From contig RDEW01000028.1 of the NCBI GenBank assembly GCA_011109175.1, positions 277,000 through 340,999 of the forward strand: a stretch of DNA of 64,000 bases. The letters run 5' to 3'. Within the stretch, counting starts at the first letter, position 1, and each line of letters starts with the position of its first letter. This DNA is from Dicyema japonicum (lineage: Eukaryota; Animalia; Dicyemida). Below, one piece after another: positions 47,749 through 62,652 of the stretch. The notes below the pieces were generated by a model. That model made no database searches. It was not told the DNA's origin and was given only the letters and a program-made list of their open reading frames with translations. The position numbers were made by a program, and so were the translations under genes.

Positions 47749-50700
47749 CTAAAAGATCACGAATTGTTAAAAATTAATTTAATTCTATTTTAAAATTAGT
47801 TACTCCTCGATAAAATATATAATTAAAAATAAAAACAAATTTAATAAAATTCAACAATTATTACAGATTAATTTATTTTGAGTTTATTTTATTTACATTT
47901 TAATAATAAAAAATGTTATTAAATGCAGATTTGACTTTTTTTAGTTTACCACAATTTTATAGCTTTTATAGAAATTACAAAATGTATTTTTGCTTACTGT
48001 ATGCGAGTAAAAGACATCTTCATGGAGTAGTGACTATTGAAAAATAACTTAATTCATTATTCTTAAGTAAAGCATAATTAATTCCACGAATTCCCCATTG
48101 CATAGGTTTTCAAAAGTAGATAATTGGATATCTGTAATTTGTGACTAAAAAATTTAATTTCAAATGATCACCCAGGTAATTCTACATTCATTAATGTATG
48201 GGCCCATGACTTAAGATTTAACCGCTTGAACGTCATTGCACAATCAAACTCTTCCTTGTCGTTTCTAATGAATATTCAATTATCTATAACATAGTTTGTT
48301 ATAGAAATATTGAATGACCTTAGTTTCATCAAAGTTCCCCAAGGCTCCGCTTTGTCTCCTATTTTATTCAATTTGCATCTGAGCAAACATTCCAAATAAT
48401 TCCAAGGCACTTCTCCTATCATATGCGGATGAACTGATTATCGCCTCTAAAGACAAAGAAGTTAACGAAGCAACGAAGGATGTTCAGAACCACTTGAACA
48501 CTCTTGAAGAGTGGCTTGGAGCAAACTACCTATCTCTTTCTCTATCGAATTCACCGTCACTGTATTCACGTCCAACACTGCCAACTAAATTTTCAACCAA
48601 TTTTAACAATTCATGGACAAACATTCCCCATTACGGAACATCCCAAAATACTAGGAGTCATTTACGACCAATTACTAACTTTCTCGAGACATTGGGGGAT
48701 CAATGTATAAAGGCTTCTCGCAAGATCAACATACTAAAAGCTGTGTCAAGCTATTCCTTCGTCAAAGCAAAGAAGCCCTAACCATCATATATAAACAATT
48801 CATTTGAACCACAATCCACTATGCAAGTCCTTGCTATTTACTTTAACTTCTTTCTCGGTGTATCTATGTTAATAAATTTAATTTTTTGACCATACATAGG
48901 AGAAGCAGATGCTGACATTCGCGCACGTCTTTTTTACGATGGACCAAATTCCCCCTGATTTACTTCAGGAAAGAGTCTATGATACTTCCCGCAGCACCAG
49001 AGAGACGTTTCGATTGCCACCGGTACTAAACGAAAACGGTCTCTAATTTCGCCATATTTTTTAATCTTGATTTTCTCGGCCAGATCGGCTGCCGATCCAT
49101 CAGACTGCGCCGAATTGAGCATCATCAAGTTCAGAATGAATCCACACAAGTGAAGTCCTATACTAGCGATTTTCCGTCAGAGAACAAACAGATTGTTAGC
49201 TCATCCGGTCTTTTCCCGTATGCGCGGTCCAATCCCGCAGGCTAAAGCACTGCCGGGGAGTCTGCAGCTTCAAGAGCACTCTGCCCTAATCCTTTCGCAC
49301 GAAAGCGGATGCATCCCTTTGGCCTCGACGATCCCTCCTTAATTAATTATTCTCCACAACGACATTGGTGTTCGACGCATACATAAACTCCCAGGCGCTG
49401 TGCGATCCGAATCCTTAGCAGTCATAGTCAAAAAGGGTCCCCAGAGAGGAACACGGGAGTGCATTCAGCCATGCTCTGCTCCCAAGGCTGGCGGCAGACA
49501 CGAGGCATGCAAGACGATGCTGGTTGGCCTCAAACATTAGTACGTCTAAGATTTTCTTAGAGTAGATCTCCCAGTCGCGTTGCCTCGAAAGATCGTTCGG
49601 CGTATCCAAACCAGTTTCACATAATTCGCAACGAGCTTCGTCGAAAATTTTTTCCCAAGAAATTCCGGTTTTAAAATGTAGGATATCTTGGACCAAAAGA
49701 GTAAATTTTTAATTTGATTTAAAATCTCTGTTCTATTGCTAAATTTTTGGAATAGTTGTTGTGAATATTTTAGAAAACAGGATTTTATGTATTCACCATC
49801 GGTGAATGGTTTCCCCATTTTTTCAACCTCATTGACTAGTGCGATTTTTTTAACCTAAAAAAATTAACTTTATTACGTCGCGAGCGCTACTTGCAACTAT
49901 GCGCTACTTGCAATATCGATTTTTTGAATTTTTTGAATTTTTTTGAATCTATGAAAATTGTTCTTTTGGATTAAAATTCTAATTTTTAGTAATCTAAAAT
50001 ATTAATTTTATGGGCTAACTCCACTTTGTACTTAAAAGGTATAGGTATAAAATTGGTCTTACCTCTATCTTAATATTAATATGATGTGGATTTTGTTTCT
50101 GAGAACATTAATAATATCAGGATTGCTCCTATCATATTCCTGGAGTATTTGGAGAGTGGTTCCTGAAAAAGAACGAGCAAAAAACCGAATTTATTACAAT
50201 CAAACGAGGAAACAAACTTACCAATAAGATATGGAGAAGAGAAAAAAGTCGGGTCTTGCTAGACGACCGGAAGACGTTGTCACCAATAGCATTGAAGAGA
50301 CTAAAATCGACATGGCTTAGATACGTACATGTCTCACGTCCAGCAAAAGTGCGACTATACAATTCTTTCGTCTTACCCATACTGCTCTACAACTCGGGAA
50401 CGTAGGGACTAACTCAGATACGTGTTGATAGCTTGAATTCTTTTCACAAAAAACAACTAAGGACTCTACTAGGAATACACTATCCGATGGTGATCAAGCT
50501 CCAAGACCTATCCACTGCTTGCAAATCGGAGCACTTAAATACAATTATTACAAGACCCGATGGAGACTATTTGGGCCGTTCCTGTTTACGATATTATGGA
50601 ATTATTCAAACTTTAACGTAATTCACAAGGATTACTTGAAATAGATTTACGTGGATATGAATATTCACATGCAAGTGAATGTAAAAACCCAAAAGTCTGT

Positions 50701-51524
50701 CTCTCGACGTACGTAGCTAAGCATCTCATGTAACCATCTCTGTAAGAGATCCATGAAAAGGAATTGATGTAAATCTTTACTAGGAATGGAAGGAAATACA
50801 AATGAAAAAGGGTGAATTAGATTAATTTCCAATTTTAGCAATAAATCAAGATTTTTAGTAAAGTTTATAAACTTTCCCACGATCGAAGTAAAACACAGCC
50901 CTTCCAAACATCACATCCATCCATATTCGGAATTCTGGATTTATGATGCCTTATTTGGCGTATCCTGAGAAAGGTAGAAAACACCTATAGGATTTAAAAA
51001 AACACAGAGCATAACGGAATTCTTCAACCAGGTGCAGATGGTATGAAAATAGAACTCCTACCCAATCGCGATTCGCGCAACAGTAAAAACCACTATGCTA
51101 CCTTGGAAGGAGGTATAATAATAATAACACCAGAGACCACGGTTACACAAACTAACTAATCACGTGATTTATTTAATTTATTTATTAACCTCGGATACAC
51201 CGAGAAAGAAGTTAAAGTAAACAACTAATTAAGTGTATCCAGTTACCACTTCCACAGAAACAGAGTCCATCTGGAATCAGCATAAAGGGTGAAAGACGTC
51301 CATAGTTGCAGTTGTGGAAACCCCTCCAATGGAGTGGGAAAGAGCAAATTATCCTTTTTCGTGCCGGCCAGGCACTGGGCGTCACTTAGACAGGTGGATC
51401 ACATGACGGCACTCTAATAGGAAGAGAGAGGAGTAACAGACGATCAAACAGAAACTTGAACCAATTAGCAACGTAGCATCACATGGCGCCACGCATGAAA
51501 GTTACGTGATGAATGTGGTAGATG

Positions 51525-53740
51525 ATTATTATTATAGGCACGTACGCGATGCCAAGATCATGACAAAGCATGTGCAACACGAAAAGTTAACAATCTAATT
51601 AACGTCGCCCATCTTTTTCGATCGATGCCATGTTCCGTAGCATATCTAGATTGTCCCCATCTTTAAGGCACTTTCCAATCCTCTTGAAATCTTCATCTAG
51701 AATAACCGGCAGCGGAAACGAAAAGCTTCGAAGACAAAATACTTTTCCATTGCTATGTTGGCAGGGGTCCCCATATCGTGGCGGAGTATGTGTCCAGAGA
51801 GCCTCCACCTTGAATCAGTAATATCACATGATATTGGCTTAGTTCCGGTTCTCTTGTATAAGATTTCGGACGGCATTTTGAAAAAGCTTCGGGAAGAAAG
51901 GAGTGCTCGGAGATGATTTCTGTGAAAAGAATTCAACTTTTCGACTTCCTGCCCTGTACAAGCCCATGTACCGGCATTATATAATAGGATCGGCCTCACT
52001 AGGGCATTGTATAGTCTCATTCGAGTTTTAGGGTCAAGCCCTTTGTGCAGAAGCCAGGTCTTCTTCATTTTGTTGAAAGCAACATTAGTTAGTGTCTTCC
52101 TTCGTGTTATATCTTCGGTGTCACCGAGAAGGGATCCTAGTTTTTTTTATCTACGCCAGTGCTCGTCGGTTTTTTCCTCATTTCTTTTTAGCTCCGTGAT
52201 TTCAGTTTTGTTTGTGTTTACTTTTAATGACCACTAGGCGCTGAGAATAATAACTGGCTGCTTAAAGTCAACCCCCACCGACCATTTACATTGGGAGTCG
52301 AAAATCCTCCCGCTCTATGACCACCTAGAAATGCGTAATTTACAATTCCTACGGCAGTCGTTCGACCCGAATCACCCAGTTCACGCTTTGCTAAGTAACA
52401 ATAACCGCAGATACATACGCAGGACCCTCTTTGACCTACAAAGAGCCTTGTCGAAGATCACCCCCCCCTCAAGAAGACTCAACTTGGACCCGCCGAATCC
52501 ATGATTTTATCTCAACACGGGCCATTAGGACACTTCAATATAACAAAGTCTTGGAGCGCTTCCCCCGGATATCAGTCCAACGGAACAATCGCTCCCGAGG
52601 AAGATCAGAATCGGACTGGCTCGCCTACGGTGTGGACACCACCCTTTTCTGGCTGGCAGAGTAGTTCGAGACCTTTTTCCCTGCCCTGGACCACCGGATG
52701 CAAAAGTCGAGGATCTCTGGGAGCGGCCTGTCCGGACTGCACGCTCTTTGATGGTCGCCGGCTTCCCACTTGCTGGCGAAGCCGGGGTTAATAATTTAAT
52801 TTAATTTAATGACCACTCAGCCATTTTATCAAACATTTTCTCCAAAAGTGCAATTAACTCTTCTTTTTTATTTGAAATAAAGTCCACGTCGTCCGCATAT
52901 GCTATTATGCTCGTTCCATCTCTGATATGAGGCTTCAAGTCTCGTAGAGCTGCCTCCAGATAAATAATGAACAAAATTGGGAATAATTAATCTCCTTGAG
53001 GGGCACCAATTGTCGTTTCAAATGTCCTCGATAAAGCTTTCTCAGTCTTGACCATCCTAATCGTTGAGCCCTCCAAGAAGTGCTCAAGAATTTGCAGCAA
53101 CTTGTTCCTGTTGACGGAATCAAAAACCTTTGACATATCAATCCCCAGAATGGTTGTCGTTATTTTAAATTTTTAAACAGTCGCACTTCTCCATTTGTGG
53201 CTCCATATAACATCTGACGTTGATCTCCCTTTGCGGAAGCCACTTTGATAAGCCGACAGGTACGAGTCTAGGCGTCCCTCCATTCTTTGAAGTGTAATAT
53301 TGGCTAGTATCTTCCGTAATGTGTTGGTTAAGACCTCTGGTCTTAGGTTCTCAACTTTCCCCGATTTTTTGTTTGGCTTCTGTACTGGTATCAATAGTCC
53401 TTCTCCAACTGGCAAAGTGGCTCCTTTACTATATGTTTCGTTTAGAATCCAGGCAATTATCATGTATAGCTTTTGAGTTCCATATTTGAAAACTTCACCA
53501 TTTAAGCCATCTGGGCCGGGACTCTTATTGTCCTTCAGTTTGAAACTTGCTGTTATCACTTGTTCCAAAGTTATTTCTTCGTCTAATTTTTCCTGGTCTG
53601 TGTTAATAGTGAGTTTTTTGCTATTTTTGATACGAATTGTGCTTCAAAATAATCCGCTATAAGTTCTGCAATTTCTTGTTGGTTAGCAATATGTTTTCCA
53701 TCTTCATCTCGTAAAGTCAGTGTTTTCCTTTATAGTTTTC
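51525..53740 (-). mobile_element. RTE-clade LINE, 5'-truncated, interrupted by an I-group insertion
   Basis: KSPGPDG, IPVQKPNK..ENLRP, QSGFRKGRST, YADDVDF, RLYNALVRPILLYNAGTW. (TAA)n tail at ~51525. Confidence 0.9.
52236..52805 (+). mobile_element. 5'-truncated I/Ingi-group LINE insertion with TSD
   Basis: ALRIITGCLKSTPTDHLHWESKILPL...LARLRCGHHP. (TAATT)n tail. Direct repeat TTAATGACCACT on both sides. Removing it restores RTE KMAEWSLKVNTNKTE. Confidence 0.85.
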
Positions 53741-53857
53741 TGTACTAGATGATGTTTTGGAAATAATTAAAGTTAATTTTATTTTTAAATGAAATAAATA
53801 ATTATTATTAATTCATTTTAATTTTTAAATTAAAAATAAGCAAATAACGTGACTTTC

Positions 53858-56624
53858 ATGTTGTCCAAAGAAAGCAAAATTTTTGCACCATATCGTTTCT
53901 TAGGAGGAGTCTGCAACAAAATTCCTTTTAGTCTCCAAACCAATCACAAATTAAAAGAAAACTTCATAGTAACATCAATAGGAAAAACATGGAATCGTTA
54001 CAACGTAGATTGTGTTAATCTATTTTAGTGCACAAATTTAGCAATCGTCGAAGTAGGTTCGTCCTCATGAAATATTTTTAGGAGAATTACTTTCCCACGA
54101 AATCACAGCCCTCACAACTTGTGGATATTACATCTTCGCAGCTTACGGACATGTCATTCAAGTTTTTTGCAAGCAGAGTCAGGTTTAATAGTTTCATCAT
54201 AGACAAGACTCTGAAGAATATTTTCTCCGACGATCATGATCGTACTATCATTCAACTGTGTGCTCTGAGTGACCATTTACTGGCTTTGGACGAGGGCAAC
54301 TGTATCGTGGTATGGAATTACAAGACTGGGGTATTTTTGCATCTAATTTGCAGAAATTTTCCAGAGAATTAAATTTTGATCAAAATACCTTCAAAATAAC
54401 GTGTATGCTTCACCCCTCTACGTTTCTCAACAAATTCCTATTTGCGAGTTCAAAAGGCGGGCTAAATCTTTGGAATATAAAGACCGCGAAATTGATTCAT
54501 TCATTTTCCATATTAGCAGAGGAGGTCGCAGTTACTTCGTTGGAACAGGTTTTTTTGTTGTTGTTACACTGCAGTCCTCGGCTCTGGAAGTAGTTGCCGT
54601 TGGTTTTGCAGATGGTCGGATTGTCTTGTTGAATATTGTCTATGATCAAATTCTGGCAAAACTGAAACAGCAAGGGGCTGTTATGTGCTTAGCCTTTTCT
54701 TCTTCTTCTTGGATGGCCTCTGGATCTGATTTAGGATCCATCACTTTCTGGGACTTAAAATCCATGGTTATTGGTGGACGACTAAAGAAGGCGCACAATA
54801 GCTCTGTTATTTCCCTTAGTTTCCTCCCCAATGATTCTGTTCTTGTGTCATCATCCGACGAGAACTCCCTCAAAGTGAGGATTCTATATTAATTCTAAGA
54901 GTTGGAGATTTGATGACCACGGTACTGCTACTCTACTGCATCATCGAGCGGGACATTCTTCCTCTATAACCAAGATTTCTTTTTATAATGAGGATCTCAT
55001 TCTGTCTACTGACCTTAAAGGTCAACTGAGAGCTCTCTCACTATCCCACGACAGCAATGGGCGTTTATTGGGGAATCATTCCATTAAAATTGAGGATGTC
55101 GCTTCAGGTTCTAGTCTTTAGTTAATTCGTTAGAAACCAACCGTCAAAGCGACTGGGATAGCATTTTTTGCATCCATGAGAATTCAAAAGCTTTATCCAC
55201 CTGGAATTTTAGAAAAACTCGATCATCTCCAAGGATGTTAGATAATGGAGACTCCCGTAGTGTAGTAGCAACTGCTTTGAGTGTTTCTACTTGTGGGAAT
55301 TTTGTCTTAATGGGATATTCCGATGGATCTTTTGACCGTTTCAATGTTCAGTCTGGGAATTTGAAGCTTTCATACTCACGTTTGCACGTTTGAGTCATTT
55401 TAGATCACAATTTGCAGCTTACTTATGTTTCCGGAATTTTCTGTGATATTGTCAATTCTTCTATAATTTCCTTCCATTCTGATGGTTTGGTCGTTTCATG
55501 GGCCTTTTCTGAGAACAGAGTGAACAAGGCCAGCAAACTTAATTGTTCGGTGTCACTTGTGTGCCACAGTAAGTCAAGGAATTTTATCGCTCTTTCAACG
55601 AACGATCAATGCGTCCTCATTATCGATACAAACCGACCACATTCTGAACCAATAAGACATTGGTCTTCCTTTTCCTCCAGAATAACCGATTTGACGTTTT
55701 CGCCAGACTCCAGGTGGCTCGTTCTGAGTTTTTCTGCTCCAGTAATAAGAGTTTTGGACGTTCCTTCGAACAGGTTTTTAGTAAATAAACATTTTAGTGT
55801 AATTGACTGCTTCGAGCTTGAAAAGGCTGTTACTTCCTTGTCATTCTCTCCCGATGGGGTTTATTTAGCGACATGTCACTGTGATGATAAGGTAGTCCAC
55901 GTCTGGGCTAACTCCACTTTGTACTGCGAGTCCTCAGTAACTGAAACGATTCCACAAGTTGAGTCATCAATAGATGACAGTTTGGTCAGATTGTCTTCTA
56001 TTCCTTCGAGTCGTTTCCAGAATATTTTAGAATATTCTGCCATTAAGGCATTTTTTGATTCAATGACGTTGTAGAGGAGGAACAAGGAAAATGGAGTAAT
56101 CAGTAATGTCCCTATCTTGAGTTCTAATTCGGTATATTTGAATATTTTATTTCAGAATGGTTCCGTCTTGGGTTCAGGGGATAGGTTTAGGACTATGTTG
56201 GGGGAAAATAATGGTATTTTGGTGTTTTTATTTTAGACTTTGAGGGTTTCATGGATTTGCTCAAAAGTATGTCTATGTCATCACTTCATTTGGAGTTTTC
56301 TCTGCTTGATTGTCCCCTTATGGACAAATTTTTGAACTTTATTCGTTCCATGCTCGTAAACAAAGTGGATATTGATCTAGTTCTGTCTTATTTGGCGCTT
56401 TTTATCGAGGTAAGAGTTTATTATGAAAATCATTAATGGATAACACTATCATAATTTTTAATATCATTTTGTAGAAGTGTGGTGACGACTTAAGATGTAA
56501 CCGTCAGCTTATGGATAAACTGGTTGAAATCAAAACCCTTTCTAAGTCAATTATGGACGATTTGAACAAATTGATGTCACGGTCGGAGTCAATAATGTCT
56601 TACATAAAAAATTCAACTTACTAA
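53858..56624 (+). CDS. WDR36: WD repeat protein 36 / U3 snoRNP protein Utp21, multi-exon with tiny introns
   Basis: N-terminus SKIFAPYRFLGGVCNKIPF. HPSTFLNKFLF...LWNIKT.KLIH, R.GH..PI, CGNFVLMG..DG..DRFNVQSG, ITDLTFSPDSRWL, SLSFSPDGVYLATCH. Utp21-type C-terminal helices. Confidence 0.93.
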
Positions 56625-56703
56625 ATTTTATTTTGTTTATAAAATTTTAAGATTTTGTATTTATTTTTTAAATAATTATTTGAATAAATTATTTTTTGTG
56701 TCA

Positions 56704-58500
<1,797 letters not shown>

Positions 58501-58664
58501 TTATTAACTTACCTTTATTTGCTGCCTAAATACTAAAATTATTTTTATATGTTCATCAGATTATCTCGGAGTTTAATAGCCGATAAAAACAGCAGACAAT
58601 CAAGATGTGTTGAGAAGCGGAGCGTGCAATAGATGGAGTTGAGAGTGGTTACTGGACAGAATAA

Positions 58665-58830
58665 CCAGGTGTCGGAGTGGTTTATCCTGTCGCTTGAATC
58701 GTAAGTACCTGTGGGTTCAATTCCCACGTCAATACCAATTTGGTTGTATTCCTTTTTTGTTATTTTCTTTATCAAATTCCTTAGAGGTTTCATGGGATCT
58801 GACTAGCGAGACACCCAGTGCCTGACTGAC
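58665..58830 (+). mobile_element. tRNA-derived SINE-like head (family C) with Pol III A/B-box-like motifs
   Basis: TGTCGGAGTGG followed by T-arm GTGGGTTCAATTCCCAC. No acceptor stem can be formed. Confidence 0.5.
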
Positions 58831-59859
58831 ACCAAAAAAGATCTTCACTACTCCAGTAGAGGTTCTACAGTGGAGGATGTGAATATGCGTTTCAATCCGA
58901 CCATGAAAGATTTAACTACTCACTACGTTGTGCCATAACTCCCTTAAATTGTTTAAAATAGAGTTGTAACCACTCTATCTCCAAAGAATTAGAACGTCTA
59001 TCCCTCTTTTGTGGTATTGTAGAGTAAAATTAGTTTGGATTAACCCCAGGTTTACAGTCTTTTGTAAGCCCATCACAAACAGTCACAACTAATTAATCTA
59101 AGGAAGAACCCAAGGGAGAAGCTTGTGCTGACCAAATCTATCCTCCAATAGACCATTACAGGCCTACGAAAGAGGCGGATAAGTAGGTCCACCATCTTCC
59201 ATTTTCGTCCCACGTCCTTTCGTCGCGGACATCACTTCATTCCGTAGTGGGAGATTTTTCATAATGGAAAATTTTCACCAGTGGATTTGGCCCGGGAGAA
59301 GGTAGGAAGATCCCTGCCAGAAATACTCGTTGCCTACAGGTAGGGTCTGTTTAATTGATCTTGGCTGAAAACTTCTTTCGGATTAGAGCCCACCACTGTC
59401 AGATTCGATGAATCAGGCATTACGTTCAGCCAGAAGGCCAAAGTTTGGATTTAAGGTCGATTAATTAGCTATACTGATATTTTTATTTATATTTGGTTCT
59501 TTGCAGAATTCAGAAGTGGACCCGTAGTGATTTTTTTGGTTGAATAATTACTTTGTAGTGAATTATACGTACACGATCAGATTTCTTGTTAACTTATTAA
59601 ATTTTTAAGTTAAATAATAGCCTAAAAACCTCAAATTATCGTATTGAGATTAATCATGAGCAACACACGTGATTGCTCTATTTTTGCGGAAAAATTTTTT
59701 ATCAAAAATAGAATTTATCTAAAAATTGCAATATTTTTCACTTTTCTGGTTCGTTTATCTCACACAAACAACCACCTATAACCCGTAAACACAAAAAGAG
59801 AAACATCAAGAAAAGATGATAAAACCATTGAGCAAAATTCAGGATTACCAAATTGGTGT

Positions 59860-60110
59860 TATTTTCTCTTAATTCAAAGTCACACAAGTCCATCCAGGAC
59901 CAACATGAAAAGTAAAAGATTTCCATTTCTTGAAGCTGTGGAAACACCTTCTATGGGTTAGAGGAGAACAATGATCCTTTTTTTGCCACCCTGGCACTGG
60001 GCGACCAAGATAGTTGGATTACATGATGGCACTCTAATAGAAAGGGAAGAGAGGGAACAGACGAAAAAAGAAATCCTCAATCTAGTAGCTACATGGTACC
60101 ACACGCTACG
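59860..60110 (-). mobile_element. SINE-like family A, diverged copy
   Basis: tgtggaaac..atgatcc..ggcactgggcg..ggattacatgatggcactctaatag homology. Confidence 0.65.
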
Positions 60111-60169
60111 CTATTCAAACATTTTAATATTTTCAATTTTAATTAATTTACCTGAATTCTCTATTGACA

Positions 60170-61030
60170 TAGACGTCAGTCATGCTCGTGAGGCTTGAAG
60201 CCGGACTTATCAGCTTTCCCTGCCTTCCTCGTTCTCTCAGAGGGGCTTGGAGGATGTTATATGCTGGAATTCTTTCAAAGATTTGCTAGTGTCATCTAGC
60301 CAACATCGCTGTGCCTGTTTGTTGTCGGGGGCGTCTGCTGAGAAGGTGCCTGGCTTAACGCCATTCGCAATGGAGTTCTGAGTACTTTCCTGGATGATGA
60401 ATGCGTACGTATTGGAATCTCATTGCGACTGGGATTAAAAGTCTGTGTTCCACATCCGTTGCTGTGTTCCACATCCGTTGCGATGGCGATGCGGAGACCA
60501 AATCGACTTTTTTGGCCTACACCTTTTCTCTTGCAGGAAGAGTCCTTACACCCTTTCTCAGACACATGGCTTTGACGAAATCGTTAGGCGAGCTTTGGAC
60601 GCCGCCAGACACCTCTCCATTCTCGAACCAGTCGGTTTTTGCAGGCCGGACAGGAAATGACCAGATGGGATGACAATCTTCCCTTTTGAAACCGGGAAAC
60701 CTCTTGTCTGGGACGTAACCTGCACCGATACATTTGTCTCTTGTAACCTACTCCAGAGTGCCTCTGGAGCCTGTTCTGCCGCTGAGAAAGCCGAGAAGAT
60801 GAAACGGGAAAAGCACGTGGTCTTACTCAAGGATTTTTTGTTTGTACCACTCGCCGTTGAGATATCTGGTTCCCTTGCGTTTGCGACGCTGGAATTCTTG
60901 AGTCGTCTAGGGAATCGGATCGCTACACGAACAGGAGACCCTCGTGAGCGCTGCTGGTTATTTTTTCGAATCTCGCAAGCTTTCCTGAGAGGGAATAGCC
61001 ACGCAATCAGGGCAGCCGCTATATAACCGT
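60170..61030 (+). mobile_element. CRE-clade RLE fragment
   Basis: GAWLNAI..LSTFLDDECVRIG, PDGMTIFPFETGKPLVWDVTC, ERCWLFFRISQAFLRGNS. Confidence 0.85.
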
Positions 61031-61369
61031 TTACTCTCTTTTCTTTACTTTTAAAAATATATTTAATTATTTACAGTTTCCACAAATTTTAATATTCTAT
61101 AACGGCTAACGTCATACGTCATACAAAAAGGAGCGGCCTCTCTGACTGCGTGACTATTTTCTTTCTGAATGGCGAGTGAGATTCGCTCGAATAGCCAGCA
61201 GTGTTCATTTTAATAATTACTTTCGGTTCTTATCTAATTAATGACCCCAACTTTCTTGCAACGAAATCAATATATGAAAATTTTTTTAGTTAAAATTAAA
61301 TATTTAATTTTTATTCGGTTACGAATAATTTTATTTTTTTCTAAAGATTAGTTGCGAACTACAATGGTA

Positions 61370-61990
61370 TCAATCGACATAAACAAGACTTTCGACACAG
61401 TCCCAAGGAAGCTTCTTATTGGGAAGATTTTTGATTCGAAAGTTCGTCCAAACCTAAAGCTGTGGTGAGCTAACTTTCTCTTTGGGCGACGTGGGAAAGT
61501 CGTCTGTGGGCAACTTAGTTCGAGATCATGACTACTACCTAACGGACTACCCCAATGTTCTTCGCTTTCTCTGACCCTTTTAAATCTTTTCCTCCACGAC
61601 CTACCAAATTACGAGGACAAAAAATTTTGTTATTATCCTACGCAGACGACTCAATAATTGTAACACGCAACCGATCGACGCAACCTCTAATGCCCAGGCG
61701 AGAGTGAACACCGTCTATGATTGGTTGACTGCTAACCGACTAGCTATTTCTCCCGAAAAATCAATATGCACACTTTTCACTTAAGACCGTCGTTCAAAAG
61801 AAGATCCAAGAATTTTCATTGGTCCTGCCAGATACTGGTGATAATTTCCCCTTCAATTCTTGGGTTAATGTTCGACAGGCTATTAAATTTTAACTCACAT
61901 GCGAAGAAAGTCTTCACTAAAGGCCTGCAGAAGTTGAATGTTGTACACGCCCTTGTCCGGAAAACTCCCCCGCTGGTAATAGCATAAATA
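61370..61990 (+). mobile_element. I/Jockey-group RT fragment
   Basis: IDINKTFDTV, NGLPQ.SSLS, SYADD, ILGLMFDRLLNFNSH. Confidence 0.75.
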
Positions 61991-62652
61991 TACGGACATA
62001 AAGAAACGATTGGATACCTTAAAACAATTAAAAATTATATTTGTCGATATTATTTTCTCTTTGGTGTCTCTGACAAATTTAGAGTTATTATGAACGTTCA
62101 GAAATTATTAATCAAATTAGTTCCATCTAAGCTATTCCTCCTGCGTAACTTCCAATTAAAAATCTTTTAAAAAATAGAACTTTTTCATGTTAGTAATTTG
62201 CTCAAATAACATGATCGACTAAAGGATCTTTGACAGTGTGACGGATAAATTTAATCCAAGATTCAGGTCAATGAAAATTTGATTCGCGGTCTTGTACTTT
62301 GACGATGATGAACAAAGGCAGCTATTACATATACTGAGAAAGCAATGCTGTGAGAGAAGGGATCAGTTAGTGGTCAACTTGTCTAGGAGCAAAACGCGAT
62401 TTCCTCGATTATGTACTAACCTAAGAACACAAATAAAGCTGATATAATGACCTAACGCTCACGAAAGTGGTGCCTCCAACTACCATTCAAGCTTTTCACC
62501 GTTTTATGTATTCACAACGTTGTATTAATATTGGCGGAGATTTGAGTAACAGACTCTACGACTAATGAGTTTTTTGACTTCCACAGAGTAAAAATATAAA
62601 AAATAACAAAAGATCCACATATGAAAGATTCAAAAATCCGAAAAAATGTAAA

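Larger units (their letters stand above)
38739..51891 (+). repeat. Direct tandem segmental duplication, right copy
   Basis: Starts with cgagttgaaggcatttg (=20711) and ends at aagcttcg (=38738). Confidence 0.9.

Noticed and set aside
58545-59500. Host gene on the minus strand downstream of AMPK
   Set aside because: No consistent splice model. The region contains a tRNA-like SINE head and a probable decayed I-group 3' end (CCTGGGGTTAAT at ~59040, minus).
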